A stretch of 64,000 bases of DNA from Vicugna vicugna (Eukaryota): NCBI GenBank assembly GCA_013265495.1, contig MU057999.1:372001-436000 (forward strand), given 5' to 3'. This document shows, in pieces, positions 25,186 through 39,641 of this stretch (its first letter is position 1; each line of letters opens with the position of its first letter). The notes beneath the pieces were generated by a model. That model was not told the origin of the DNA. It ran no database searches and saw nothing but the letters and a program-made list of their open reading frames with translations. A program made the position numbers and the translations under genes.

Positions 25186-25344
25186 GGGGGAGGGTATAGC
25201 TCAGTGGTAGAGTGTGTGCTTAGCATGCACAAGGTTCTGGGTTCAACCCCCAGTACCTCCATTAAAAACAATAAGTAAATAAACTTAATTACCTATGCCC
25301 CCCCAAATAAATAAAATAAATACAATGAAAAAAATTTTTAAAAA
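25186..25344 (+). mobile_element. tRNA-Ala-derived SINE (Vic-1-like)
   Basis: GGGGGAGGGTATAGCTCAGTGGTAGAG head; imperfect TSD AGAGACGGCAGTA / AGAGATGACAGTA. Confidence 0.92.
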
Positions 25345-26101
25345 GAGAGATGACAGTAAATATTCAAAGTGTTCTTAATTGGCAACACCTCTCCACCACC
25401 CACTACCCTGTGGAACTGCCCTGTCTTTGAAGAGGCTCAGCACGGAGCCTGGACCACGTGAGAGCTGGGTTATACGGGTTACACATACTTTCCTGGAAGA
25501 TGGCCTAACAGGCAGCTCTCGGCCATTCTTCCCACAGCCATCTTCACCCCCTGCCAGCCGCCCCCGTTCCGAGCATGCATACTGCCGTGACCACCCTCAG
25601 TGATCTACATCAAAACCACTAATGTTTATCAGACATTGTTTCAACTTTCTCACCAGGACTGCCTGAAATGTCAAAATGCAATAGCATGTAAGTCAGCCCG
25701 AAAACATGTGCTGAGCATATAATCTGGGTGATGAATGGTGGTGGGTGATGATAGGTCAGGGGGCTACGAGGAAGCACAATGTGACATAGTACCTGCCCCC
25801 ATGGGCTCAGATCACCCCATCTGTAGACAAGGCAAACACCAGCCAGCCAATAGCCGTGCGTGGCCAATGACACAGGTCCAAGGTGATGGGGACCTCAGAG
25901 GAAGGCGATCACTGCAGCCGAGGCAGCGGGAGAGCTCCCCACGGACAGTGGGGATTGAGGTGGGTTTTAAAGAACGGCAGGAACTGAAGAGACTGGAGTG
26001 TGAGGAGGGCCTCTAGGGAGAAGGCGGTGCCATGAATCACTCAGGAAGAGCCCCACTTATTTTGTTTGATGAGCCTGGGATGGATCAGATATCTCTTTAA
26101 A

Positions 26102-26287
26102 GCAAGGTCTCAAGCATGGCTAATATTTTAATTACCTGGAAGCTTAAAAAAAAAAAAAAAAGACTGATACCCAGGTCTCACCTCCAAAGAGCTTGATTGA
26201 ATTGGTCTAGGGTACAGCCCAGGCACTGGGAATTTGAAAAGCTCTCCAGGTGATGTGTGGGGTGCAGCCAGGGCTGAGAGCCTCTGC
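26102..26287. mobile_element. MER5A-like hAT-Charlie MITE
   Basis: AATTGGTCTAGGGTACAGCCCAGGCACTGGGAATTTGAAAAGCTCTCCAGGTGAT...CAGGGCTGAGAGCCTCTG. Confidence 0.78.
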
Positions 26288-28454
26288 TTGACAGGAAGTT
26301 CAGGCAGCGTGAGGCTGGCAGCCTGGCAGCCCTCGGGCACACACCCCTGTTAGGCTCTGGCACTTCTAAGGCATGCCTCTCATTCCGTCCTCCTGGACAG
26401 CGGCCACCCCAGGGAGAGGCCTGGCCTCTCTTACATCCCACTCACACACCTGGCATCAGGTTCCCAGGAAGATTTCTCTGCTGGTTTCACACTAAGAGTC
26501 ACATGGTCATCAGCTGGCCACAGCTGCTTGGCTTTCCCTCTGCCATCGGTGTCTCTGCCCTGCACTTTCCTGCAGCTCTGAAGGAGGCAGTGGAAGCTGT
26601 GGGCATCCACCCACCTCCCAGGACCCTTCACTCACAGGGGACACATCTACACACCAGGGCTGGGCAGGGGCCTCACACGGACTGCAGAGGTGGTACCGGA
26701 AGGTGATTTCTCTCCCCACCTTTCCTGGCCGTGAGTGGTGAGGGGGGCCTGAATAAAGTCCAGCTTGCGTTTTGAGGCTGTTTCCACTGAGCGGTCTCAG
26801 GAATGCTGTTCCTCATTTCAGAGGACTCCGTAGGTGTGGCTGTTGGCCACCAGCCAGCGTGCGCGGTGAGGACTGGGCACTGGTCACAGGTTTGACCCAA
26901 GGCCACCGCCCAACCTCCTTTTAGCAGCTCAGCCAGGTGTCTAAGCAGCTACGGGAAAGGGCACATAGGGGTGACATTATGATTTTCCGACAAGAAAGAT
27001 TGCTACACCCTGGGGTTTACAATCCAGGCAAGAGATGAAGTGCCCTGGCTCGGAGGCCCTCTTATTTGGTTATTTATTTTAAAATAACTTTATTGATTTT
27101 GTTTGAAAATGGTACATGTTTTATTAAAAGAAAAAAATGCAAACAGCCACATACTCAGAGGAAACTGAAGTCCTATTGGCTCAAGAAAGTCAGTCTCTCT
27201 AGCACTTTGCGAGCATCTCCAAAGATCAGCGCTGCGGGCACTGGGCGTGCGCACCGGACAGGGGCATGGAGAACCTGACCGCTGAAAGCTCTCTCAGTCC
27301 TGGGCCTGCAGAAGTAATGTGATGACTCTGTCTCCAAGCAGGCCCCTCTGGAGACGTCCTATCACTCTGCCTTCTTGGAAAGAACATCCAAGCGCTCCCA
27401 CACTGGAACCCATTAGAACAGAGCGGATGCCGAGGTGGTGGCTCACCTCCTCGGGTCTGGCCCGGAGAGTTCTCCCAGGCTGGCCGTCATCCACAGTCAT
27501 CTCCGTTGCCTCACAGCCCTCCAACTATGCTAAGAATGCGAACCATTTCCCATGAGGTTGGCAACCATGGAGCAATGTTGAGCCTAACCTCCCCAGATAT
27601 CTGCTTTGCAAACAGATACAACAGAAACATCCTGAAAATGTGATCTTCAGCCCGTTCACCTTAGGCCGTGTGCACGTCTGCTGGCCTGCCAGGAGTGTTT
27701 CTGCTTCCAGAGTCCATCCTGGGGTTGTTGGGGAGCCGGCCTGGGATGTGGCACATTCCCCCCGGGTGCAGAGAACAGAGAACTCTCTGGAATGGACCTC
27801 TCAGGGGAATGAGGGCCAAGTCATGACCCAGGCCCTTTGCAGGGGGCTGGCTTCTATCCCAGTATTGGAGTCATTTGGGTGCCTTTTGGCCTCTAAGACT
27901 CCTGCGCTGCCTTCACCAGCAGCAAGGATCCACCTCAACCAGGCTTTGGCCTCCATCTGATTTTGTGGTCAAGCCAAGATCATGCCAGGCTTCGCAGAGT
28001 GTGAGAGGCGGCAGAGGACAAGACTTTCTGAGTTGCTGTCACCTTCTGAGAGACTCTAGAACACCTTGTTGCATAATTGGGCCCCTGTGACCTACATAAA
28101 CCTTCCAGACATAGAGCAGGTGGGGGCCCGGACTCATCCCAGGGGAGCCTGACTTGGGGAGGGTGGGAGTGGGGAGGCTTTATAATCCTGAGATGTTGAA
28201 ACCACCTAGACATTCAGTGATGGCTTAGTGAATCATGATATGTCCACGGGGTGCAATCTCATGTGAAAACGATTATTGTAAAGTCTATTTAGCAACATTA
28301 AAAATGTTTACGATACCATGTGAGGTGAATAAAAGGGAGAGACGCCTATTTTTTGCACACCAGCAAGAAGAGACTAGAAAGGCATTAAAAAAAAACAGTT
28401 GCTAAGGTAACAGTGGTGTGATTACGGACCTTATTCTTTTAAAAGAAACCAGTG

Positions 28455-28595
28455 GCTTTAAAGTCAGACAGATCCGGACTTAGTTATAGCTCTCATTAGA
28501 CATGACCTTGGTAGGTAGTATAATGTCTCTGAGGTTAGTTCCTCATCTGTAAAATGGGCACAAGAATTCCTGCCTTACAAGATTCCTGTGAAGAC
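28455..28595 (+). mobile_element. MIR SINE
   Basis: TGACCTTGG...TCTCTGAG...TTCCTCATCTGTAAAATGGG. Confidence 0.72.
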
Positions 28596-29849
28596 AGATC
28601 AGATGATGCGTTTCCTCCCTTCTCGCCTTCTTTCTTCCTCCTCTCTCTCCCTCCCCCTGCATATTTTCCACTGAAACAGCACCATGCGGTTACTTACAAA
28701 GGATTCTACCGCTGAGTCACCCTTGGGTCTGCCTAACTCTCTCTCGCTTCCCGGGGAAGCGTGTTTGCCTATTTGTGCTCCAAGCAGAGCTGGACGCATA
28801 TGCCCGGACAGGAGGCGCTAAAGACAGCGTAGTCCAGGCTGCAGTGGGCAGGAGGAAGTTTGTCTGGCCTTCACTTTCAGACCTGCAGCCATGATGTCCA
28901 CCTTCCGCCCCCAAACAAAGCCACCAAGGGGATGTGGCCCGGCTGACACCACACACTGAGCAGACCCTTCTCCCTTCCCTGCTGCTGGGCTCAGAGCTGG
29001 ATCGGTCGTTCCCAAAGCAGGTGCCCCTGGAAAGCAAAGCGATTTCCAGTGGCAAGTGGACATACACGTTCATTTGAAGAGGGTGAGAATTCCATATATG
29101 TTCAGAAAATAGGAAGCAGTAGCTGTAATGGTGTAACAGAAGTGACAAAAAACTGATCCAACAGAAAGGGAACTAGTACATAAATCATATTTGAGGTTGT
29201 AATGGGTATGCCGAACGCCAGGGAGGAGCAGGGGGAGTGCCTGACACTTCGGGGCCACTTCCCTGCCCTCTTGCCTCCATCTACTAACTCTGACCCAGCC
29301 TTTGTCTCTTCTAATGTCTCCCCCTGTAGCCAGAGAGATCTTCCTGAAAGGAAACCTTCACTCTAAAGCAGTGCCCTTAGGGAGAAGTCTGGGCTTCTCC
29401 TTGGCAAGGCCTCCAAGGCCTTCTAAGATGGGACTCTGCCCGTCTTGAGAGTTTCATTGTCACTCTTATCCTCTTCCCACTTTATATCCCTACACCCTGG
29501 AGTTCCAAACCCAACTTGCTTGGGATGAGTCTTGAGATGTGCTAACACCTCTTCCTGGGATGTCCTTTCCCTTTCCTCTATCTTAAGAACTCCTATTCAA
29601 CCTTCAAAACCTTTTCAAGGGTCTCTTACCTCTGTGAAACTGTCCTGATCTCTTTGTAAAGGGTTAATCCCACCTTCCCCTCTGTCATGAATCATTATAT
29701 TACATGGAGCCCAAGTTTTCTGTTTCCTCGACTGTTTCCTTAGTGAGGTGATCTCTGTAGGCTTGGAATTTTTAGTTCAGGGTCTTAGAACTTTGTACAG
29801 TAGTGGATATATGACAGGTGCTCAATGCTAAAAAAAAAATGCCATAGTT

Positions 29850-30030
29850 ATAGCTACTGTCTGTGAAGTGTTCTCTGTGTATTATCTCATTTAATCCTCA
29901 CAGCCTCCTTAAGAGAAAGAAACTATTGAGACACCCATCTTAGACATAAGGAAACCTAGGCTCAGAGATGGAATACATTTGCTGCAAATCTGATGAGTGG
30001 AGGAAGCAGGTTTCACAGCCCAGCTGCCTG
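29850..30030 (-). mobile_element. MIR SINE
   Basis: ATTATCTCATTTAATCCTCACAGC...AGGAAACCTAGGCTCAGAGA. Confidence 0.7.
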
Positions 30031-31319
30031 ACTCTTTTGTGCTGGGCCCCTCGCTCGCTGCTATCTGCTCTGCTGCAGTGCAGAGCTGCCCTCTCATAGG
30101 GGTCAGGGGACTCCTTCCCGCCACCAGGTGTGCCCACAGCCTCCGGCCTGGCTGGGGAGCTCAGGCTCCCGGAGCTGCTCTTTCAAGCTCACAGGGCTAG
30201 GGGTGGAAGCACAAGAGGAAGGAGAAATTGAAGTTGAGTCAGAGGCCTTGTGGAATTTCTGGCCTTTTTTGAATTCTGGGAAGAGAGAAAAAAAGTGATC
30301 ATACTTATTCCAAGTATGTCAAGATCATAAGGGGGGCTCTCTGTTGTTCACATGCAAAAATCTCTGGCAGCCAACACCTGCAAGCAAGAGGCCAGGCCAG
30401 GAGTCTGTGAGACCCAGATGCCCTGAGCTGGGCCTCATGCTCCCAGAGGGGCAGCTGGCCCAGGGGGAGAAGCAAGAAGGGGACGGGGAGGCGGAGACGG
30501 TCCTGTCCTCACAGCCCTGGCATTTCCTACAGGAAGAAATCGGTCCCCGTCCCTGGAATGTGGGCGGCCTCTCCTGCGTGGAAAGGGAAGTGAAAACGGC
30601 CACCTCCTTCCAAGCCCCAACTCCCAAGTGGGTGCCCTTGCTCTCTGGGGGCACTGGGCTGTCTCATCCAGTCTCATTCCTAAGCAATCCTCTCTCCGAG
30701 GAGGGGCTCCGCTGCTCAGAGCTCTGCAGAAACACATCAGGAAGGGCAATTCGTACTCCATCTTCGTGTACTCAGATGTTCGTGAATTCAGTCAACATCC
30801 ATTTACTCATTCACTCAACGTGTGCCCTGGGGCTGGAGGTGCTGCCAGATGCGGAGGACTTGGTGGTATCTGGGAATGTCCAGACTGAAGCTTTTCACTT
30901 CAATACAGGGGGTGGGTTTGCACTCACACACTCGTGCTGGACCCCACCCAACCTAGGAATCAGGACTTTGGGGAGGGGTCTGGGGCTGAGGAATTTGGAA
31001 ACCCCCCCCCAAGTGATATGGACAAGAATCTCAGGTCCAGATACAATGACCAGACTGGAAACATTTTTGTTCAGAAGTAGCTAAGGTTTCTATCTCTTTG
31101 GGAAGGTGGGGACATAATCTGCAGCTTGGGTTCATTCATTCATTCATTCCATTGGTTTTTAGTATCTATTGGACTCTCAGCAAGTGCCGCTCCCTGCAGG
31201 AGGCGTCGGGGTGCAGACCTCCCGGGGCTCTCACAAGTGTGAGGACCCATCAGGCTGCTCCCCTCCTCCGAAGAATGCCCCATGCCATTCTCATAATGAG
31301 AACGCCATGCCAAACCGCC

Positions 31320-31590
31320 ATCCCTGAGGTTCCTTCTGTTAACTCTGTTGAAGGCTGCCACCTGCCCTCACCCCGGCATCACTTATCCCGCTTCTGTTTT
31401 CCTCAGCACTTACCACCTTCTGATGTTCCTGTCCTCTGCTAATTTATTATGAACACTGCTACTGTTTTCTGTCTCCCCCTCTCCTCCCAAGGAATCTAAG
31501 CACCCAGAGGGCAGCATCTTTGCTTTGTCCCTGATCCAGAAAGTCCCTAGCAGAGATTGGATGCTCAGTAAATAGTTGTTGAATGAATTA
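31320..31590 (+). mobile_element. L2 3' fragment
   Basis: TGTCTCCCCC...AATCTAAGCACCCAGAGGGCAG...TGCTCAGTAAATAGTTGTTGAATGAAT. Confidence 0.72.
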
Positions 31591-33580
31591 AGCAAATAAT
31601 AACACAGAGAAGTATAAAATTCACTAATGTGGTAACTGCTGGCTAGAAAGAAAGATCAAAATTCTCTCTGAGCTCTTCCCAGCTTGTCAACGCTATCATT
31701 TTAGTTCTGTTTTTCTTTGAAACACCATTCGGTTTTTACAATTATCCCATGTGGTCAAGACTGTTCCTTTCTATTTTTATAATTGTGTTTTTCCCATAAC
31801 CCCGACCTCAGGAGGGGAAAGTCTGTTGAAGACCCAGAAGTCTCGGTCTCTCTGCCGCCCCAGGGTTCTCTGTCACCTCCCTGGGAGTGAGGGCAGCAGG
31901 GGACCGGCTGGTGGCTGGTGGTCAGTCACGTATTCAGCCAGGATCAGTCGCAGAGCCTATTCAGAAGGATGAGATAATAGGATTTAGAACAATTGTAAAA
32001 ATACCTAACATGCCAGCAGGGACTCCTTCAGCAGGTTCAGGAGGTACTCAGGCTTCTGACCCTCCATGGAAGCCACGGGAGAGAGAATTCCAACGAAAGC
32101 GCTCCAGGGTGTCGAGTATGGTGCGTGGGTGTTTGTGTGTATGTGTGCACGTATCTGTGTAAAAAATGCTGACCCTAGTGACCCCGGCTCCAGGACCCCA
32201 GCAGAGATCAGAAAAGCCACCTCTTCAAGGCAGAAGGAGAACCACATCAAAGGACTAATGCATCAAAGAAAGGATGAGTCAGTCAGAACCCTGGAGGTAG
32301 CCAACCCCATCCCACGCTGACACAGAGGACAGGGGGACAGCAGCCTTAGCCCAGCCCTATGGACCATTAACCATCCCAGGGATGGGGTGGGGGCAGCGGG
32401 TCCTCACAGTCTGAGCCTCTCAGGACCCTTTCTTCTATCTCCACCCACTCTCCCCAGGCGGCTTTTAGCATCTGCCTATTATAAGTGTAACAGGTGTCTA
32501 GCAACCTAGTCAGGGTGACCCCAAAGGCCAGTCTTTGGCCTGGTTGATTGGCCCTTTCCCAGAGAGCCAGAGACGGGCTCCAGGAAGGCGAGGATGCAGA
32601 GCGGGCTGGGCCAAGGAGGAGGCCACCCACCAGCATCTTCCTGATGCCTGGATAATGCCTGGTGCCCCAGAGCCACGACCCTCCTTTAAATGTGCTGAGG
32701 GATGTGCCTGATGACCAAGGGCGTGGCAGGTACAGGTGGTGCCGCTGAGAGGTCTGCGGGGAGGGCAGCAACCTTGGGAAAGCCCAGCACACAGCTGTCT
32801 GCTAAGGCAGGGCTGTGAGGCCGCCTCAGGGCCTGAGGCGGGCAATGGAGCCAGAGACACCAGGTCAAGGAGGCTGCAGGGAGGGGGCCAAGGTCAGGGG
32901 TGGCATGGCTGGGTCAGGGCTGGCCCATTCCATCGGGGGTGAGACTGGAGGTCACAGGCTGTGACTGAGGTCACGTGGTGGGGAGGGTGGGAGGCAAGTC
33001 CTGGGAGCTCACGGGGAGGAAGGAATGCCGGGAATCCCTTCTGCTGGGAGTGAGTCCAGGCTGGAATGGTTTGTGGATTGATCAGGTCATCCCTGTCTCA
33101 AGCACCTTCTGTGGTTTTGATACCCCAGGATCCAAGTCCAAATCTCTCATGTTTAGCCTTTAAAGCCTCCAACACCCCCTCTCCCAGGCTCTCCCCGCCT
33201 CGGCCCCCAGAGCCCCAGTGCTGCCGGGAACTGTGACTTCTTCCCTTGCGCTTCCCTTGCCGGTGCCGCTGGTGACCTGGAGGGGCTCTTTTGTCTGGGA
33301 GTGTTCCTACTTTAACCACAGACAGGCAATGGGCGCAGAGTGGAGAAGGTCAGAAGCCTTAGCACCTCATGAAGCCGGGGCTCGGGGAGCTTCTCCGGAA
33401 GCTCATGTCCCCTCAGTGAACCAATCCTCTCAAATTCAAGGACAGCACTGAAGTGGGCGTACACAAAGCATAAGGCAGGGAGGCTTCCAAAGTCCAGTCT
33501 CTGACTGTACTGTCCAGACCAGCAGGCCCCAGAGTGTTTCCTTGGAGACAAGAACTCCATCAGAAACAAAAGGATTCCAA

Positions 33581-33747
33581 GGGAGGGTATAGCTCAGTTG
33601 TAGAGTGAGGGCTTAGCATGCACGAGGTCCTGGGTTCAATCCCCAGTACCTCTGTTAAAAAATAAATATAAGTAAATAAACCTTATTACCTTTCCCACTC
33701 CCAGCTCCCTCTACCCCCTCAAAACAACAACAACAACAGAAAAGAAA
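33581..33747 (+). mobile_element. tRNA-Ala-derived SINE (Vic-1-like)
   Basis: Head plus (CAA)n/A-rich tail; perfect TSD AGAAACAAAAGGATT at 33562-33576 and 33748-33762. Confidence 0.92.
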
Positions 33748-36700
33748 AGAAACAAAAGGATTACATGGCCAAATGCATTCGGGCATCTCTCCATGCTGTA
33801 CATCCTCTGTATGTCCTCTATCACCTGAGCCCATTAAAGGCTCTGAAAAATCCTGCAGGAAACTGCCTGTTTGACTTCCCAAGTTTACATAACCAGGGAA
33901 TCTATACATGTGTGACACAAAGCATGACCCCTGGACCTCTTCCGTGCCTTCATTCTGACCCTTCCGGGCCTTCGCTCTGACACTCTGCCTACCTGCAGAA
34001 TAAGTTTCTTATGTGGTCAATGAGGGTGAATACGGTTGGCTGGCGGCCCCAGGAGGACATATTGTAGGATGTGCCTGTGGTTTAGCCTTGAGGTTATGAT
34101 CTGGGCGCATGGCACAGAAGCAAAGGTGAGTGCTCTGGAGGGCACGATCCTGGGAAGCTCATCCAGGACCCTGGCAGGATCATATCCCCTCCTTCCAACC
34201 CACTCTGTGACCATCTGACCAAAAAACCCCCTTCCAGCTAACAGGCATCTCCTGGGGTCCATGCTGTCCTGGTCACCCTCTCTCCAGGCCCTCTACTCTC
34301 TAGCCATGCAGAATGACTCTGGGTCCCCCTCCACCTCCACTCCTGCCCAAATGCTGCTGTGCTTGCCTTCACCCCGGCCACCAGCCTTCTATTCACAAGC
34401 CCCTTCTTTAACTGGCCAGTTCGACCTGTAGGCCTCAGCTCAGATGCTATTGTTCCGTGAGATTTTTCTGGCTTCTCCCAGGTCATAGGCCTCTGATCAG
34501 AGTTCCTGTAGATACTCTGCTTCCTTCTTCACAAACGTTCCACATATTGTGAGTTTTTTAATCACCTGCCTCCAGCCAGCTGGAGCTCCTCCAAGGCAGG
34601 GCCGTGGCACCATCCGCGGCCAGCACAGTACTAGAGGAGGTGCTGAAAATGATGCTTGAAACTATGATTCCCTCTCACCCACCCTGGATCTGTTCTGGCA
34701 TCCTCTTCCCTCTTCCTGTGGGGAGCTATAGATTGTGTCTGTTTTCTGCTGCTGAAGTGGATGAATCACTTGCCCCCACGTTGGCCCCACAAGGTGAAAA
34801 CCCCCTCCCAGGAGCACAGAGGAAGTGCCACAGGGCTTCTCACCACTTGTCCCAGGAGGCAAGTGAGTGTGGGGCGGGAGGTGCCAGTGCATAGGGGAGG
34901 GGCGGGGGAGCTCCCAGCCCTGCTCTGAGCATCTTCTTGGTTTCTGCCAGCTGGGGCTGCGCAGAGGGGCAGGGTGTGGCCCCCCTGAGCTGGGTCCTGG
35001 GGACCTGAGCATCCCTGGCAGATGCTGGGAAGATAGTGCCCGGCAGCCCCTCCTGGCCCAAACTGCCCGATAGGCTGTGGGATCAGCGAGCCCTGGTGGC
35101 TGGTGAGGAGCCCAGGCTCAGGTGGGTCCCTCCTAGAGCCTGAGGGGGGAGGCAGGCAACAGACCTGACACGGGTTCAGGTGAGTGAAGGGGCTGAAGTG
35201 GGGCCCTGGAGTCTTCTAGCTCGGCCAGTCCAGCCTAACGAGAAGCCGGGGCAGGGAGGGCCGGCGGGATGGAAAGGCTCGCAGCCCTCGAGGAGCCAAT
35301 GGGCTGCTTAGAGGGGGCTCCACACTAGGTGAGACCTGATGGTCACGCTTCCTCCCAGGTCCAGGGATTCTGGTCTGGGCAAGTCTGGGCCTGATCCCTC
35401 CTGTGGCCACTGCCCAGCAGGGACTCTCCCAGGGGCAGCTTCCCTGCCGGGGCCCCTGGCTGCCTCCCTTAGCCCTCCCGTAGGTCACTGTTAGAAGCTT
35501 AAGGCCAGAGCTGCCAGAGAAATATCAGGGAGCAGAGCACTGTGAGCCTTGGGGTGGGGATGGCGGGGCCCACGGGATGAGTCTCCAGCTCCTCCTAAAA
35601 TGCAAACTGACCTTGCCTCTCCTGCCTCCACACCTTCCCTGGTCCCTCTAGGCAATCAGGACAGCGTTCGACCCTTGCCACCTGGGATGTGGTCTTGACT
35701 CCCATTCCTGCCTCGCCCCTCGCTCTTCTCTACTGGTGAATTACCTCTGTTTCTCCTCTGCCCCAAGTGCTGGGTAATGAAAGGCCACCCCAGCACCCAG
35801 CTCAGTCCTGCTCATTCCGCACTTGCTGGTCCAGGAGGGGCATGGCTCTGATCCCCATCCCGTTCCTCCCTGCAGCTCCACAGCTCCCACCCACCCCCTG
35901 CAGCTCAGTTCATCGCTGAGTGCGCCCCGGTGTCACACGTGACCAAGTTGCTGAGGATCCCCCAGAGCGTCTCCCTAGGGTCCCTTCGCAGCCTGCAGGC
36001 TCCTGTAGCACGTTCGCCTGCCTGCATGCAGGGTCCACCTGGTCTTACCTGGAGCTGTTTCCCAAACTTCCTAAGGAAGCCTGGACACTCCTGCTCCTGG
36101 GGCTCCCTGAGCCTAGCTGTGGGGCCTTGCTTATGATGTCCAGGCAAGATCTGACACCTTTTATGTTGCTCACATTAGGACTCCTCTAAGAGGGCCCAGG
36201 CCCATGGATTCTCTGCCCCTGAGCCTCCTTACTTGTAGAGTCCTTCCCCGCGCCATGCCCACACCCTCCCCACAGGGCCGTTACCATCACCTCCCTGCAT
36301 CTCTGTCTTCCTGGCTCTCGGCCTTCTCTGGTAGCATGTTGCCAATGGGGCAGCCTGGGTCCCCTTGTTCCTCTCCCCTCCCTGGCCTGGGCTTGCTGCG
36401 TGCCCTTCCAGTCTGGTCCGAGACATTGCCCTCCTGTCTCTGGGGCCGTTCTGGCCTTGACACCTGCTGCTAGCCTCCCTAAGGTCCTCATGGGAGCTGC
36501 TCAAGTGACGGTTTATGCACCAACATCTCCTCCTCCCGGTCTCCAACCCACAGCAGGCCTAGGCTGGAGCCAGGGCTGCAGTGTGGCCAACAGATCCTGT
36601 CCTCCAGGCTCTCACAGCCCGCTGGGCAAACAGTTTACAAATCAGATAGACCCGTTACTCGGGGGGCTGACCAAGGTGCTCAGGAGCTGGGTGGGCAGAC

Positions 36701-39107
36701 GGGGTGCTGACCGGCAGAGGGTCCAGGAAGATGTATTTGAGCCTTTCGTGACTCTGGCCATTTGACCCCTGCCCTTCATCTGCTCAGACCCTCTCCTCCC
36801 AGTGGCCTCTGTGATGTTCACTGATCTCTGAGCACAGCTTTGGGGGCATGCATGCAGACAGTCCCTTTGCCTTAAGCCGAACACCTGCTCTTTTAACCCC
36901 ATCATGGACTCCGCAGGGGCTGACCTCTTGGTTGCCCTTGGTGTGAGGGCCTTTTAGCTTGGTGTGCAGCACTGAACTTAGGGATTACTTGGGGAAGGAA
37001 AGGCTCTGATCTCTAGGAGGAGACCACCCCTCTGGTCCTATGCAGCTGAGGGGCCTCCATGAAGGTCCTCTCCAAGTTCTCTGCCTCCCTCCCATCTGAG
37101 CCAAAGGGCTCACTCACCATTGTTGTTAAAGTGGTGAGCAGATGCATTTGTTGCCAGGGCAGCCTGCTCCAGGCTTTCGTGGGAGCAGAGGGCGTGGTAC
37201 CTACAGCAAGGCCAGTCCACATGATATCACTGCTGATCAGTGCTGCTGGCAGCTGGGTGTACCAAGGGCCTGGCTCCCATCACCTTGGAAACAGGGCCAG
37301 GCACAAGAGCACTGGAGGAGGCTGAGCCTGTCTGCACGGTTGATCCCCACCCTTCCTACTGACCACCTCCAAGTGCATATCCCAAGGTTCAGGCTGAAGG
37401 CTGTAAGTGGAACTGGGTCACCACCATAACACCCCACACATGGTCTTGCCAGCTCCTGGGCCTCACCTGTGCATCTCACACCAGCTAAGGATGACCCGGG
37501 ATGCGTCCAGCTCCCCAGCATCTTCCCACTCTGTCATACTCTCAAGCCTGGTCCACAGGGTCTTTCTGATCTGACTCTGTCTCCTTCAAAACCTGAGCCC
37601 CAGACCCTCAAAATGCCTCTGTTCCCCAACCAGGCTGTGTTGACCCACATTCTATGTCTCTACACAGGCTGTTAAGACTATCTAAAATGTCCACCATCTT
37701 CCCACACCCTCCCCATCACCAGGGAGACTCAGCCACAGGCCTAAGGCCGAGGGTGGGCACCTCTCCAAGCAAAGCGGAGCGTGTCTGCTCTGTTCCATGA
37801 CTGAGGCAGCGCCTGTCACACTGCCTGGTGTTTCCTCCACCACCCCCATTAGACTATGACCTTCCAGAGGAAAGGGTCTGGGCCTTCTGTTGTATCCCCA
37901 GGGTTTGGCAGGTGGAATTGCCCAGGAAACACTGAATGAATAAATTGTCTTAGTCAAGATTCCTTTGGTTACAAGTTTAGGCAAAAGGAAGTTTCTTTGG
38001 AAAAAAAAATCTCATAACTGCAGGAAGAAGAGGGTGTGGGTGGGCCTCAGAGAGAGCTGGAACCAATGGATGCAGCTCCAGGATTCACCTGTATCTCCTG
38101 CTCCCCCTTGAGCTCCTCCCTGTGAGGGGGGACATGACAACCAATGGATCCAGAGTTTTCTGGCTCCAAATCTATGGGGGCACTAGGCCACCTCTACACT
38201 CTTCCATTAAAGACCCCAGACTGCTGATTGGCCTACCTTGAACCAGTCACCCATCCTTGGGCTGACCCTGTGGAGAGCATATCTAAGAAGACTGCAGCTC
38301 CTATTCAAAGCCCACGGTTGGAGAAGGATGAAAAGCAGGTCCTGGAAGGAGGGTTCTACTCTGGACAGACAAGACAAAGTTAAATGTTGCATAAGTGAAT
38401 GAATGGATAAAGGAATGAGCTAAGAGCAACACACATCTTTACAGACTACGCTCCAGTTTGCAAATCATTCTCACTGGTTCTTACAAAAGCCCTATGACCC
38501 CATACTTCACACAATGAGTAAATGCAGCCACGGTTCCACCTCTATATAGCACGTGAGATGTGTGCCCTCAGAGGCCTTTTTCCCACAGAAATGTGGGTAG
38601 CCAGATCTCTCCTGGGCAGTCACTGGAGAAAACAGCAAGTGTTTGCCTGTGAGAGAAGGAAGAGGGGACTCTGCCATGGGTTAACTCCGAGCCCATTTCC
38701 ACACCAGCTCCCTGGTTTGAAAATCTCTTGCCATAGTCAGTGTTGTGCATGAGGATATAGCTGCTTCTTTGGGGATCTCAGATCATGCCATCCTTGCTTT
38801 CTGGTTAGGTTATGATTCCCAGCAATGATTATCTGAGCTTGTGCTGGAGTCATAAGGGCACAGGACATGGGGGGTCATTACAGAACCAGACAAGGGTGAG
38901 AGGGCCTTTGACCTGAGAATCAGAGGGCAGCCGAGTTTTTGCCTCATACTATCTCCCCCCACAGACACCAAAGAATGCACTGCTTCCTCCCATGCCTTTA
39001 TTCTAATGCATGGCTCATTCCCAGGGCATCATAATCAGCAGCTTCACTTGCTTCTTAGGGGCAAGGCCTGCCTCCGTTCATCTTATCCTCCCAGAACTTG
39101 GAGACTA

Positions 39108-39625
39108 TGTTAGATTGTTTGCAAAGATAGTTTCAACAACTACTTTCATCCCCTCGTGTATGCCCCATTGCAATGTGACTCTTCGTCCATTAAGAGGTGG
39201 AGTTGGTTTCCCTACCCCTTCAATTTGAGCTTGTCTATGACTTGCTTTGACCGCTAGAATGCAGTAGCCTAGTCTCAAGAGGCTCGTCAGCTTTTGCTCT
39301 TGTACTGTTAGAATGTGCTGGGCTGTGTGTGGAGCATGAGAGACACATGGAGTAGACCAGTGCCACTTCAATGGAGACTCACTAGACTGGCTGGCACCAA
39401 GAGTCTGACGGATGAATAAGGCCATCCATCTTGGACCCTCCAGCCCCAGCAAAGCTACTAGAACACTGTCACCATGCTAGCAATCCAGGTGAGACTAGCA
39501 GAAGAATCTCCCAGCTGAGCCCAGCCCAAACTGCTAACTCACAGAATTGTGAGCAAGTAAAATGGCTGTTGTTCTAAGCAGCTGAATTTTGAAGTGATGT
39601 GTTATACAGTAATAGATGATGGGTA
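39108..39625 (+). mobile_element. MaLR LTR (MLT1E/F-like)
   Basis: CCCAGCTGAGCCCAGCCCAAACTGC...CAGAATTGTGAGCAAGTAAAATGGCTGTTGTTCTAAGC...GTTATACAGTAATAGAT. Confidence 0.75.
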
Positions 39626-39641
39626 TGGGAAAGTTCCTGGC

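Noticed and set aside
30344..31084. 246-aa ORF (+), and similarly 47370-48110 and 59890-60597
   Set aside because: No domain resemblance; they run through repeat fragments or GC-rich non-coding sequence.
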